Shown piece by piece: positions 1 to 15,451 of a stretch of 64,000 nt of DNA. The notes below the pieces were generated by a model. It was not told the origin of the DNA. It did no database searches and saw nothing but the letters and a program-made list of their open reading frames with translations. Origin of the DNA: the human T2T-CHM13v2.0 reference genome, Homo sapiens; NCBI RefSeq assembly GCF_009914755.1, contig NC_060932.1. One strand, given 5' to 3'. How positions within the stretch are numbered: position 1 is the stretch's first letter; each line of letters starts with the position of its first letter. A program made the position numbers and the translations under genes.

Positions 1-634
1 TCATGTGTGTGCTGAGAGCCAAAAATCACGATCCCAGCCACTTGTCACTTGAACCAGTAGAGATTTATTACTTTTAATCTAAATGATGCCTGTTATAACA
101 GGTATGTCTTACGCATCAACAAAGATGTTCCCAAACTTGTGGTGAAATTGGCAGTCACTTGGTGTCTTGCCCTATACCTTATCTTTTTGTCTTTACATTT
201 AGCCTTTGAAGGATAACCAAAAAGGAAGACTCAGAGCTGGTTCTCTGAAGGGATGGAGATGTACGCATCTGCGGTCCCTGCAGTCAGCTATTCTAAGACC
301 TGCTTTTTTTGACCGAGCTTTATAGTATCTTTAGGACTCGAAGGCTGCCACTCAAAATCATACCTCACCAAGGGTCCACTGGCTACTCCCTACTTCAAAC
401 ATGAAATACAATTCGTCTTTGAGTTGCTTGCAAGCCAGGAATGAAGTTGAAGTCAACTAGCGCTAGCCTCCATAAAATCTCCGTTTGGCTATAGACATTA
501 AAACATGCGTTGAGATCGGTAAAGCGGAAGTTCTTTAAGTATGAAATTTAAGTACGGCTGTGAAATCAATGTGCCCCTATTGTCTATGCTGTGATATTCA
601 ACGTCCAGAGACTTGTTAGAAAATGCAGCGTCTC

Positions 635-940
635 TGCTAGGTTTGATGGCTCACATCTGTAATCCCAGCACTTTGAGAGGCTGAGGCGGGCGGATTGCTA
701 GAGGTCAGGAGTTTCCTGAAACTGGTGAAACCCCAACTCTACTAAAAATATAAAAATTAGCTGCACATGGTGGTGCGCTCCTGTAATCTCAGCTACTTGG
801 GAGGCTGAGACACGAGAACCGCTTAACCCCAGGGTAGGGTGGAAGTGCAGTGAACCAAGATTGCACCAGCCTGGGTGACCCTGCAGCCTGAGTGTCAGAG
901 CGAGACTCCATCTTAAAAAAAAAAAAAAAAAAAAAGAAAG
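635..940 (+). mobile_element. Alu (AluS-like, internally rearranged)
   Basis: Alu dimer with poly(A); flanks AGAAAATGCAGCGTCTC / AGAAATGCAACATCTC form a TSD. Confidence 0.93.
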
Positions 941-1011
941 AAATGCAACATCTCATGCACCTCCCCTACCTGTAGAACCAGAAGCTCTGAGGATGGGGCC
1001 ACCAATGTGTG

Positions 1012-1316
1012 TTTTGTTTATTTCTTTCTTTATTTTTGAGACAGTCTTCCTCTGTTACCCAGGATAGAGTGCAGTGACGCAATCATAGCTCTTTGCAGAC
1101 TCAACCTCCCTGTCTCAAACAATCTTTGCCTTAGACTCCTGAGTAACTGGGACCAAAGGCATGCACTGCCATGCCTGTATAATTTTTCTGATTTTTAGTA
1201 GAGATGAGGTCTTGTTATGTTGCCCAGGCTGGTTTCGAACCCCTTAGCTCAAGCAATCCTCCCACCTCAGCTTCCAAAAGTACTGGGATTGCAGGCGTCA
1301 GCCACCATACCTGACA
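1012..1316 (-). mobile_element. Alu (AluJ-like)
   Basis: Antisense Alu dimer; AluJ-type GAGGTCTTGTTATGTTGCCCAGGCTGG. Confidence 0.92.
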
Positions 1317-2676
1317 CGATCTGTGCTTTACAAGCAGCCTGGATGGTTTTGTGGCACCACTGAAGTTTGAGAATCACTGCTTTTAATCTGAGAAATCAGG
1401 GCCATTTTTACTTTTGCAAATACCACTAATCAAAATAAAGGGTAAAATAAATGTGTTTTGTAGATGTTTATAATAAATTACACAATTGTGTGTGTAAGTT
1501 TATATAGACTTATATATTTGTAATTTCATGTATATATGTACTTATTATACATTGTGTACTATATTAATATAATTCTCATAGGTACATATGTTAGTGTAAG
1601 CACCTGAAATAGACCTTGTGAACTACATGCAGTTTGAAGATGATGGTCTTTTGGGCGTTAAAAAACACCATTTTTTTTTTTTACTTTGCACTCAGAATCA
1701 ATTGATCAATAAGATAAAGAAACAATGGAGGTGCAAGAAAAATCAAAACTCCACATTTATTATTCACAAAGACTAGGTTGGAAAATGTGGTGGAAAATGT
1801 GAGTCTGTGGAAAAGTACCCCAAGAAACCCTCCTGTGAGGAAATGCAAATCAGGAAAGCCACACATCACATGGAAGGAAATATCAAAAACAGGTACAAAG
1901 CATTTCTCCTTAACAAACCCTGGATGCTTAACCCACAGTGTTTAGCCATGAAGCTGAGGGCCAACTAAGAATATGGCTCTCTCCATCAAGGGTGAAGATC
2001 AACACTCAATCAGGGCAGTCCAGCTTCCCAGCTTAGTCCCCATCTCCCAGGTTTCAGCTACAGCACTGTTGGACATCTTCCTGGTGCTTCTACAGGACAG
2101 TTTTGCTTTTCCCTGAAGGCTCTGAAATAAATCATAACAGTCCACTGGTTAAATAAACCCCAAACTGCTCTGTACCCGTGGTTGAAACTGACTCCCTTTC
2201 CCATCCCAAATTATGTTCAACCCCATTTTTCAACATAGTACATCAGAAGTCCTTGAATAAAATTGAGTGATCCACTAAGATCTTCTAGTTATAAACTGCA
2301 TGAAGACAATTCAGTAATAAAATGCCAGCAATTTCAGAACACCCTAAATTCAAATATAAATGCCTCTCATTATTGAGTTCCCAAGGAGAATTCAAAGCTC
2401 AAAGTCTAAATTCCCTTGCTGAGTCAAAGTTCAAAGAAGCTAATCTCCATCATCAAATTCACTTGCTTGTGTGAGTTAAAGTTCAAGGAAATTAAAGTCT
2501 GAAATTCATCGTCTTCGATTTCTTATTCTGCTCAGACTCAGCCAGAAGAGTTCAGGATGGCTGGGTGGAGCTGGGATTCTTTCAGCAGCCTCAACCTGGA
2601 TTCTCATTAGATCATGTAATCCTTGCAGGGCCTTAGGAGTTTTATTAATGCAATGCCAAGTCTTAGATACCTCACA

Positions 2677-3322
<646 letters not shown>

Positions 3323-4313
3323 TAACAGGACACATAAGATGATCACAGTTAGAGACTTTCCATACGCCTACACCCCCAGTTAAGAAAATCAGCCAACTTT
3401 TAGCACTTATCTCAGGTAAAGTTATATTCTCAGACTCTAATACTTAGTGCTGTCCCAGGGCCATTCTGAGGGCAGGGGAACAGACAGAGGAGACCTTGGT
3501 TTCTACTTCACCATCATGCTTTTCAGTGGATGTCAGTTGTCTGGGATCCACATCTGAAGAACGTAATCTCAATTGGAAGAAATCTCCTAGCAAAAGGTTA
3601 ATTTTGGCACTACGCATTATTTTCAGCACTATAAATTTACCTAAACTGGGGCGGGACTCCATCTGTGTACACCGTCTGCACTGTATGAGAAGGACATCGA
3701 GATGCTTGCAGAGCTTGCAAATTCGCATTTACATTATCTCTGTAGCCCTGAGTTCTGGAATTTCAGTGCTTCATTGAGGAGTGAGCCCTGATGGGTAACA
3801 CGGCCTCCGTTCTATCAAGTGAGCAGATATTTTCAGTTCTGGGCCACAACAAGGGCTGCCACTGATTCTTATTTTGGAATTGTTTAAGACCAAGAACCTT
3901 CTACAGAAGGTTTTGACCTCATGTCCACATTTTTTTAAGCTGGAAAAATTACCCTCTGATGATTCTGGCGAGGAGCTGCTATGGGCTTTTAAACGCTTTG
4001 CCTCCATGACCCAGAAAGAACGAATTTTTCCACCTTGACTTCTCAAGGCACTGCATTTTCTAGACTTCTAAATTCTATACATGTCTTGGACACATGGCCA
4101 CAGGGCCTGAGCAGTGCCCAGTGTCTACGTACAATACATGAATTACCTTGAAAGTCACCTGGAAATACTATTATTTTATTTTTTGTTTGCATCTTAGAAT
4201 AAGGCTCATGAATACAAAATTACTTCTTCCAGAGGCCCCTCCTTGAACCTGAATGTAAAATGATATTCAGGAAAGCAAATTTGGCTCTGCCAACTTAGGC
4301 CTGGAACTAATAA

Positions 4314-4608
<295 letters not shown>

Positions 4609-4684
4609 TGGCACTAATAATTTAAAATTAGAGCCTCAGTAGTACCCTGTAACAAACTCAGAACTAAGATGCCTTGCTTTTTAA

Positions 4685-5236
<552 letters not shown>

Positions 5237-5568
5237 CCATAATTCAGTTTCGACTTTACGGAAACAGCCTCTCTCCAGTGAACAAAGTGCTGGGATTACA
5301 GGCGTGAGCCACTGTGTGCCTGGCCCATAATTCAGTTTCGACTCTATGGAAACAGCCTCTCTCCAGTGAACAAAGCCATTATAAGCTTTTGCTCAGGGTG
5401 CAGTAATTAAAAACCAAATGCACAATGGCTAAAAATCTAACTGGCTCAATATAAACCTCCACAACCACCTAAGGCCCCAGGGCCTTGCCCAGATCAATAC
5501 CCATGCACCCTGGCCCTACCAAAAAACCTTTTCATGTGTTATTTTGGTTTCAAAACTCCATTTCCTGT

Positions 5569-5902
5569 TGATATAATTTGGCTGTGTCCCCACCCAAATC
5601 TCATCTTGAATTGTAGCTCCCATGATTCCCATGTGTTGTGGGAGGGACCTGGTGGGAGATAATTGAATCATGGGGTCAGTTTCCCCCATACTGTTCTCAA
5701 TAGTTTTATAAAAGGTGTCCCTTTTTCCTTGGTTCTCATTCTCTCTTTGCCTGCTGCCATGTAAGACATGCCTTTTGCCTTCCACCATGATTGTGAGGCC
5801 TCCAGAGCCAGTGGAACTGTGAGTCCATTAAACCTCTTTTTCTTTATAAATTACCCAGTCTCAGGTATGTCTTTGTCAGCAGCATAAAAATGGACTAATA
5901 CA
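5569..5902 (+). mobile_element. THE1 (ERVL-MaLR) solo LTR
   Basis: TGATATAATTTGGCTGTGTCCCCACCCAAATCTCATC...GGACTAATACA; 5-bp TSD CCTGT. Confidence 0.95.
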
Positions 5903-5928
5903 CCTGTCTTAATTCTCAGTATTCCTGA

Positions 5929-6316
<388 letters not shown>

Positions 6317-6964
6317 GAAGGCAAAATCTTAAGATGTGGCTTACATCTTTGGGCAAGTATGCTTCCTAACTCCTTAAATTAAAAAACTGCTGCTCCCCAT
6401 AGGCAGCTCATTCCCAAGATGAAAAAGGGAAGAACTGAGCTGAGCTGAGCATCCTCAGTTTCTTCTCTTCAAATTCATGAATCCTGTTAAAATATACTTT
6501 TTCCCCTGGAAAGTGAGAAGTCCAGAGAGTCCAGGAGTGTCACACCTTCCTATGTAAGAAGAATCTTGAATGAGGGGGATGTGCCCCCCCCATCCATGTG
6601 GAAGAGGTTGCATTAAATAGGAATGTAAGAGTGGTGTTTGATAAATCTACTATGCAACAGAGTTCCCAAACTGGAAGTCCGTCCCTTCTTTTCTCTAAGT
6701 TTTGCTCTAGAGATATGTTAAAAAGAAACAAACCAACAAAGCCCTTTACGTTGTCATGCTTGCATTTTGTAAGCTTTAGTTTATCTTGATTCTAAACTTT
6801 TGCCATTCTTAGCACTGTTTAATTGGACTCTGAAGTATTTAATCATCTGAATGGTTTTTTGTTAAGTCTAACAGCAACACCTGTGGCTACCTCAATTCTC
6901 ATAGGTATCTTGTCCTTTTCAGTGATGTGATGTAACCTGCTCCTCAAACAGGATGGTAAGCTAG

Positions 6965-8495
6965 TCAGTTGATTTTCAGCATAGGTGCCATGACATTTAA
7001 TAAGGGAAAGAATAGTGTTTTCAGCAAATGGTGCTGGGGCAACTAGATATCCACGTGCCAAAAAATAAAAATGGATTTGGACCCCCACCACACACCATAC
7101 CAAAAAAAAAAAAGAAAGAAAAACTCAAAATAGTAGATTTAGATGTATGAGCTAAAACTGTAAAACTCTTAGAAGGAAACAGGTAAAATATTTATGACCT
7201 TGGTTTAGGCAATGATTTCTTAGATATCTGAAAAAAGATATCAGAATATTCAGAATATATAAAGAACTCTTACAAGTAAATAATAAAAGGACAAATAACT
7301 CAATTAAAAAGTAGGCAAAGGATCTAAATAGATATTTCTCCAAAGAGGACACAGAAATGCCCATAAATACATGAAAGGATGCTCAATATCATTACTCATT
7401 AGAAAAATATAAATCAAAATGCAATAAAAGGTCTAGGCATGGTGGCTCACACCTGTCATTCTAGCACTTTGGGAAGCCAAGGAAAAAGGATCACTTGAGC
7501 CCAGGTATTTGAGACCAGTCTGAGCAACATAGAGAGATCCCATCTCTAAAAAAATTAAAATTAAAAAAACTAGGCAGGCATGATGGTGCACACCTGTGGT
7601 CCTAGATACTCAGGAGGGTGAGGTGGGAGGATCACTTGGGCCCAGGAGGTCGAGGCTGCAGTGAGCCGTGAGTGCACCACTGCACTCCAGCCTGGGTGAC
7701 AGAACAAGACCTGGTCTCAAAAAAAAAAAAAAAAAAATTGTTTAAGTGTTAATAAAAAATGCAATAAGATACCACACTCGCTAGGATGGCTAGGAAAAAA
7801 GACAGGTAATAATAAGTGTTGATGAGAATATAGAGAAATTGCAATCTCAAACATTGCTGATGAGTGTAGCTACTTCGGAAAACAGTCTCGCAGTTCCTGA
7901 AAAAACCTGTTTATAGAGTTACCATATGACCCAGTAATTTCACCTCTTTTATGTACCCAGGAGGAATTAAAAGTTACATCTACACAAAAATTTACGCATG
8001 AATGTTCACAGCTACACTATTCATAAGAGCCCCAAAGTGGAAACAACCCAAATGTCTATCAACTGGTGATGGATAAACAAAATGTGGTATGGATATGCAT
8101 ACCATGGAATGCGACTCAGTATAAAAAGGGATGAAGTGCTTGCATATGCTGCAACATGAATGAACCTTGAAAACACATGCTCAGTGAAAGAAACCAGTCA
8201 CAAAAGACCACATACTGTGTGATTCCATTGACACAAAATGTTCAGAATACACAAATCTACAGAGACAGAAAGTGGGTTAGTGGTTGCCTAGGACCAGGGA
8301 AAGGGGGTCATTTGAAGGGAAATGGGGATTGCCTACTAATGGGTACAGGGCTCCTTTTTGGGTGATGAAATATTTTAAAATTGATTGTAGTGATGGCTTC
8401 ACAATTCTGTGACTATACTAAAAATCGTTAAATGGTACACTTCAATTGTGTGAATTGTAAGGTATGTGAATTACATCTCAGTAACTCTCTTAAAA
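6965..8495 (+). mobile_element. Old L1 (L1MB-like) ORF2 3' end and 3' UTR, interrupted by AluJ
   Basis: CAAATGGTGCTGGGGCAACTAGATATCC, GGATAAACAAAATGTGGTAT and GGTATGTGAATTACATCTCA are typical L1M 3' segments. Confidence 0.88.
7430..7737 (+). mobile_element. AluJ-like
   Basis: Sense dimer, GAGGTCGAGGCTGCAGTGAGC, poly(A). Confidence 0.93.
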
Positions 8496-9342
8496 GACAA
8501 ACAAAATGATACAAAACAAAAATGCCTACATCTTGAAGGTAGACATCATGTTTGGCACTTCTTTGTGCAATGAGAATGAGTAAAGGAGTGTACCTTGCTG
8601 ATTTTGCACTTGATTGAGGTCCTCCAGCCATTCAAGTCTTCAGAGCATTGAAAACAATAAAAGGGTCTCCTTCTCAGTGATGTTTCTGAAGACTGCATGG
8701 GGCAGAGGAGAGTTCACCTCCCCGGGCAGTTTTCTTAAGGCGCTTGGGGAAGGCTGGGTCCAGAAATACCAACAACAGCAACAGGCACTGGAAAGCCGGT
8801 CCCCTTCCCTCTATGCCTGTGGCTGTTGGATACTCTGTCACCATTGGATTACCTCACAGACCTGCCCCTGTCACTGGTGGTCCCTTCTTATTGTCGTTGC
8901 CCACCATGGTGTGGGAGCCGTGTACAAGTGCCTCGATCTGCAATTATGTCTGGAAAAGTTAGGACGCTTCCATGAACTCTGAGTGCGAGTTCTCAGAAAG
9001 TCTGCTAATTACTCTCAGTTCCTGGAGAATCTCTTCCCAAGACCTTCGTCTACAGATGCAGATACAGAAGACAGATCTTACCACTTTGTGCTGTTCCCTG
9101 ACCTAAAGGGTGCTTCCGGGAAACAGGCTCTATCCTGTTCCAAAGCTGAAGCTCTCCCCTTGCTGAACCCAGACTGGATCAATAGGCTTCGCCCTTATAT
9201 TCCCTCCTGCCTCTGTCATCATCTTCTCCCCTCCTCCACCCTCTTTCTAGAGCTTCCAACTTCTTTTCTGGCAAGCAGTATCAGGAATAGATCAACACAG
9301 AATTCGAAATTAGACAAACCTGATAAGCATCTTCCCTCCTCT

Positions 9343-9532
9343 TCTTGCTATCTGTGTTAACTGGACCAAGTCACTTCACTGCTCTCTGCCTTTATTAGAG
9401 AGAATTATAGCTCCCTGGAGGGCGTGGGTAGTGGTGGTATCAAGAGTTAAGGAGATAATGCAACTAAAGCATTTAGCATGGTGTCTGGCCCCTGGTGAGT
9501 GGTCTGCAATTGATAGCAGCTGTTCTTATTTC
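9343..9532. mobile_element. MIR relic
   Basis: CAAGTCACTTCACTGCTCTCTGCC...GAGATAATGCAACTAAAGCATTTAGCA. Confidence 0.6.
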
Positions 9533-9964
9533 CTCCTTTGGGCAGAAAGCTCACCCCAGATAGCGTGGTGTGGAGGCACCCTATTGTGCTGAACTCCCAG
9601 CGTCTTGGCTCTGCCGTCAGGCATGGTCCCATGGGGCTGGACTTGTAACATCTTCCTCCGCTTTTATGGGAATCGTCTCCCCTGCACGTTTTGATAGGGT
9701 AGAGGCAGCTGCCCAATTGCACAAACACACAAAACAGTAACTGTGGCCCCTCAGAGTTTGGGGTTTCTGGATTTGTTACTGGGGTGGGGGCTGGAGAAGA
9801 GGAGTGAGGGATAAACAGTCGCCACTTTCTTTCTTCCATCTGTCCCACTTCTTTCTGTGAAAGAGTGTTTAGTTCAGGACACTCATCTATACCCTCCAAA
9901 GCATTCAAATCTGAAGAAAAGTCAGTCCACTGACTAATGACTGATGATGTTGGTAAGATATATA

Positions 9965-10107
9965 TTTTTTCTTTTGTTTTAAGAGATAGGGTCTCATTCT
10001 TTTGCTATTTTTTAGAGGCTGGTCTTGCACTCCTGAACTCAAGGGATCCTCCCACTTCCACCTCCTGAGCAGCTGAGATTGCAAGTGCATGCCCCTATGC
10101 CCAGGTT
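9965..10107 (-). mobile_element. FAM/FLAM Alu monomer
   Basis: Single antisense Alu monomer. Confidence 0.75.
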
Positions 10108-11407
10108 GAGGATATGTTGACATGTTTAAATGGAATGCATGAATGCACTGAGGCCCCTTGGTCATAAGCACTTTCCAGCAACCTCCATCCCAGGCCTCTC
10201 CCAGCCCCCACACACTCCAACACAGCCAAAGTGTTCTTTCTCAGGGCTGGTGACCTTGTTTAAGGAAGCCGGGGCATGGGGTTCTCATCAAGTCCCTGCA
10301 CAGCTCTAAAGCCCTGGGCGTTCGATGTGTTCTCATGTTTTCTCGTAATGCGCAGTACTTGACTAGGGCTCAGTAAGTGTTTCTTGACTGGTTAGTCAGT
10401 GTGGGCTACTTTCCCTCTCCTTCCCTGAGAGCCCAGCTGAGTACGGAATGAAAGGGAAATGAAATAAACATCTCAGGCCCTGCAGCCCACCAGGGTCATG
10501 GTATTCACAGCGCTGCTGTGAGTCAGCGCTGACCCTTCTTTGTCATCGTCGGAGGCACCGGAACTAAGAGCATAAACAGAGGCGGAAGAGGAGGAGGGTT
10601 GGGAGCGGCGGGATTAGTCCCTGGGTAATGCTCTATCAAACCCCACAACTTTCAACAATAAACTTCCAGTAGAAACGCTTCTGAAGCCAGGCTGGTTTCT
10701 GTGCTCTCATGTACAGTATCACATTAGATCCTCTTAACGCCCCGGCAAGGGAGAGCTTTTTGCAAGTTAAAATTCAGTGGGAGCCATGAGCAAGTCCCCA
10801 AAAGGATCTGGTTTAGCTTATTTTCAGACAGACTTCTGCTGCATCAGAGAGTGGCGGCATGTGTTCTGTGTAGTCAGATATAGGGCCGGGGATTAGAAAA
10901 ACGGAGCAGATGTTGCACCATTAATTGTCTAGGATTAGACAGTCTGGAGGTTCAAGATTCGAACTTCAGTTTGCAATTTTGCCCACAGGTATTTAATGAA
11001 ACAAGGCATTTCCTTGGGGGCTTACAATGGAATTTAAAGGCCCCAAGGGTTTTACATTTAAGCTCGAATTTAAGCTTGAATTTAAAGCTTTTCCTACACA
11101 CCTTGATTTACAAATGCTCCAAAACTAGGACAGAGAGAGGTTAAGTAACTTGTTCAATGCACTGCCATAGGTTAGGGTCAGTGGTAAGACCAGAAACAAG
11201 GTTTTCTGTTTCCTAATTCATGATTCTTGTCGATTCCTCCCTGTCTGGGCCTTCGTTCTCATCTAAAGCCTATGTGTTGAGACTATGGAATACTTGCTGT
11301 CTTTCCTTAATGGGAAGGGGATGATGAGGCAGCCTAAAGCTTAGACACGACTCAGTGTTTTTCAGCATTGAGAATGGATCAGACTCAAAAGAATAAAGAT
11401 CCAGTCA

Positions 11408-11408
<1 letters not shown>

Positions 11409-11442
<34 letters not shown>

Positions 11443-11718
11443 AGACGGAGTCTTGCTCTATTCCCTAGGCTGGAGTGCAGTGGCGCCATCTCTGCTCACT
11501 GCCTCCACCTCCTGGGTTCAAGCGATTCTTCTACCTCAGTAGCTGGGACTACAGGTGCATGCCACCACGCCCGGCCAATTTTTTTTTTTTATTTTTTGGT
11601 AGAGACGGGGTTTCACCATGTTGCTCAGGCTGGTCTGCAACTCCTGAGCTCAAGTGATCTGTCCGCTTTGGCCTCCCAAAGTGCTGGGATTCCAGGCGTG
11701 AACCACCACGTCCTGCCC
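11409..11718 (-). mobile_element. Alu (AluS-like) with long poly(T)
   Basis: Antisense dimer; TSD CCAGTCACCTTT. Confidence 0.94.
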
Positions 11719-12122
11719 CAGTCACCTTTTGAGGTGAGCTTTGAAGAACTCTATTTCCAAGTCTTGGCAAATAGCTCCTGCAGGATTTTGTTGGTCTGGT
11801 TGCTGCCAATTTTTGGTAGCAAATAATCCCACGCAATAAATAATTCTTTTGGTTCATGTCTATGTCATGTTTGATGATGAAATAACATATATGTTTGCAC
11901 TTGCATTTGAGGAGACACACTTGCACCCTTAGCCACTAAGCTTGCATGGTTATTAATGTTTCCAGTGTGTTGATCTTGGTTTCCTAATCAGATGATAACT
12001 TTCTGGAATGCAGAGACTATTCCTTAGATTTCTTTGTATTTCTCACAGTATCCACACTATTTTGTATTGTCAAGTGCTAGATTTTGTCATACAGTAGATG
12101 CTTTAAAAATATGAACAAAATG

Positions 12123-12450
12123 GGCCAGGCGTGGTGGCTCACACCTGTAATCCCAGCACTTTGGGAGGCCGAAGGGGGCAGATCGTGAGGTCAGGAGATG
12201 GAGACCATCCTGGCTAACATGGTGAAACTCCATCTCTACCAAAAATACAAAAAATTAGCTGGGCGTGGTGGTGGGCGCCTGTAGTCCCAGCTACTCAGGA
12301 GGCTGAGGCAGGAGGATGGCCTGAACCTGGGAGGCGGAGCTTGCAGTGAGCTGAGATTCACTGCCCTCCAGCCTGGATGACAGAGCGAGACTCCATCTCA
12401 AAAAATAAAAAAATAAGAATAAAAATAAAAAATAAAAAAAAAATGAAAAA
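12123..12450 (+). mobile_element. AluY-like
   Basis: GAGACCATCCTGGCTAACA, GGCGGAGCTTGCAGTGAG, A-rich tail. Confidence 0.93.
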
Positions 12451-12472
12451 AATGGTTTATAAAGAATTGAGT

Positions 12473-12710
12473 GAGGCTAAGGCAGGAGGATCGCTTGAGC
12501 CCAGGAGTTTGAAACCAGCCTGGGTAGCATAGGGAGATCTCATCTCTGCAAAAAAACACAAAAATTAGCTGGGTGTGGTGGTGTGTGTCTGAGGTCCTGG
12601 CTACTCAGGAAATTGAAGTGGGAGGATCACTCGCCTGGAGGTCGAGGCTGCAGTGAGCTGTGATCACAGCACTACACTCCAGCCTAGGGGACAGAGTAAG
12701 ACCTTGTCTG

Positions 12711-12742
<32 letters not shown>

Positions 12743-12750
12743 GAAAAAAC
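12473..12750 (+). mobile_element. 5'-truncated AluJ-like
   Basis: Starts GAGGCTAAGGCAGGAGGATCGCTTGAGCCC; (GAAAA)n tail. Confidence 0.9.
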
Positions 12751-13443
12751 AATAGAGAAAAAGCTGAAATGAGTTCTTTTGTGTTTCACTGGCAACTTGG
12801 GCCAATAATTCCACTTCCGTATCTTTCTCTACCTCAGACATTCCAAACAGCAGACCAGCCACCTACAGACCAACTTTTAAAAACCCTGAGCTAGCTCGGA
12901 GAACAAAAAAAAATAGCTTTGGGCTATCTATGGAGATTTATTGAATGAGAAAAGCTAGAGTTAGAAGACGCCATTGAGACCATCTAGCTTGATGCTCCCT
13001 AAACTTTTCTCCTGGTAGCAAAGCAGAGTAGGTGTCTCCCTAGGAGTGGCATAATTTCTTTTAATCTGTGCGCTTTTTCTGTAAAAAATCATCTCTCTCT
13101 ACCTACTGTCTCTCTCTAGCTACTGGGTTATAGGGCCATCCTGCAGACAGCTTTCTCATCACCAGTGGCCCCCTCCAGCAGTGGCCCCCTCCAGCAGGCT
13201 GAGTCATTCAGGTGGTCTCCATCAAGAATTTGGAACTCAAGCAGTCTGGAAGTTAGAGCTCTAGAAAGAAAAACCCAGAAAGACCTGCTGCGGAGGGCTT
13301 CAAAGTTGCCCGGACTCCACCATTACCAGTGCCTCTTGTTCAGACTCTGAGATGCCCCAACATCCTGCTGACACTTCACTTGTAGATGTAAGCTAGCTTG
13401 ATTTGATCTATCTATTCTTTTCCATATACACCCCTTTTCTTAC

Positions 13444-13570
13444 TTTTTTTTTTTTTTTGAGACAGGGTCTTGCTATGTTGCCCAGGCTGGTCTCAAAATC
13501 CTGGGGTCAAGCGATCCTCCTGCCTCAGCCTCCCAAAGTGCTGGGATTACAGGCATGAGCCACTGCACCT
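13444..13570 (-). mobile_element. FLAM Alu monomer
   Basis: Antisense left monomer with poly(T). Confidence 0.88.
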
Positions 13571-13806
13571 ACTCTTGTAGGTATATGCTCTTTAACAGAT
13601 ATGTGTCCGTTTTATACTCAGTTCTCTTATTGCAGTTATCTCCATAACTGCAAGACTGGGCTTAGTGGCTCGTGCCTGTAATGACAACATTTTAATTTAA
13701 TGAATGAGCATCCCTTGCCCATGATTAATTTAGATATCCTATGAATTTAATAATGTAATACAATTTGCTAAACAGACATTTGCACTAAAACAGAGTAGAA
13801 GATGTA

Positions 13807-13880
13807 TCAGGTTGAACCGCTTGAAATTCCTGGTATTTGACTATTTTTTACCTACAGCAATTTCATATGATTCAGAGTAA
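13807..13880. mobile_element. MADE2-like mariner MITE
   Basis: AGGTTGAACCGCTTGAAATT...CAATTTCATATGATTCA imperfect terminal inverted repeats, about 75 bp. Confidence 0.7.
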
Positions 13881-13915
13881 TGTATCTCAAGTTAACCAGT
13901 AGGAACAGCAAGGAA

Positions 13916-15436
<1,521 letters not shown>

Positions 15437-15451
15437 TATTAGGTTTTCAGT

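Larger units (their letters stand above)
596..1380. mobile_element. MER5A-type hAT-Charlie DNA transposon relic, split by two Alus
   Basis: ACTTGTTAGAAAATGCA...AGAAGCTCTGAGGATGGGGCC...TGAAGTTTGAGAATCACTG matches recalled MER5A consensus segments. Confidence 0.75.

Noticed and set aside
3444-4046. Adjacent 91-94 aa ORFs in unique sequence
   Set aside because: No recognisable protein similarity, they overlap an opposite-strand ORF, and their length is within chance expectation.
5795-5815. PRDM9 hotspot 13-mer in THE1
   Set aside because: Sequence is CCTCCAGAGCCAG, which misses CCNCCNTNNCCNC at two fixed positions; the 59268 LTR also lacks it.
13655-13683. ~28-bp Alu 5' head
   Set aside because: Too short to interpret; probably a deletion remnant.
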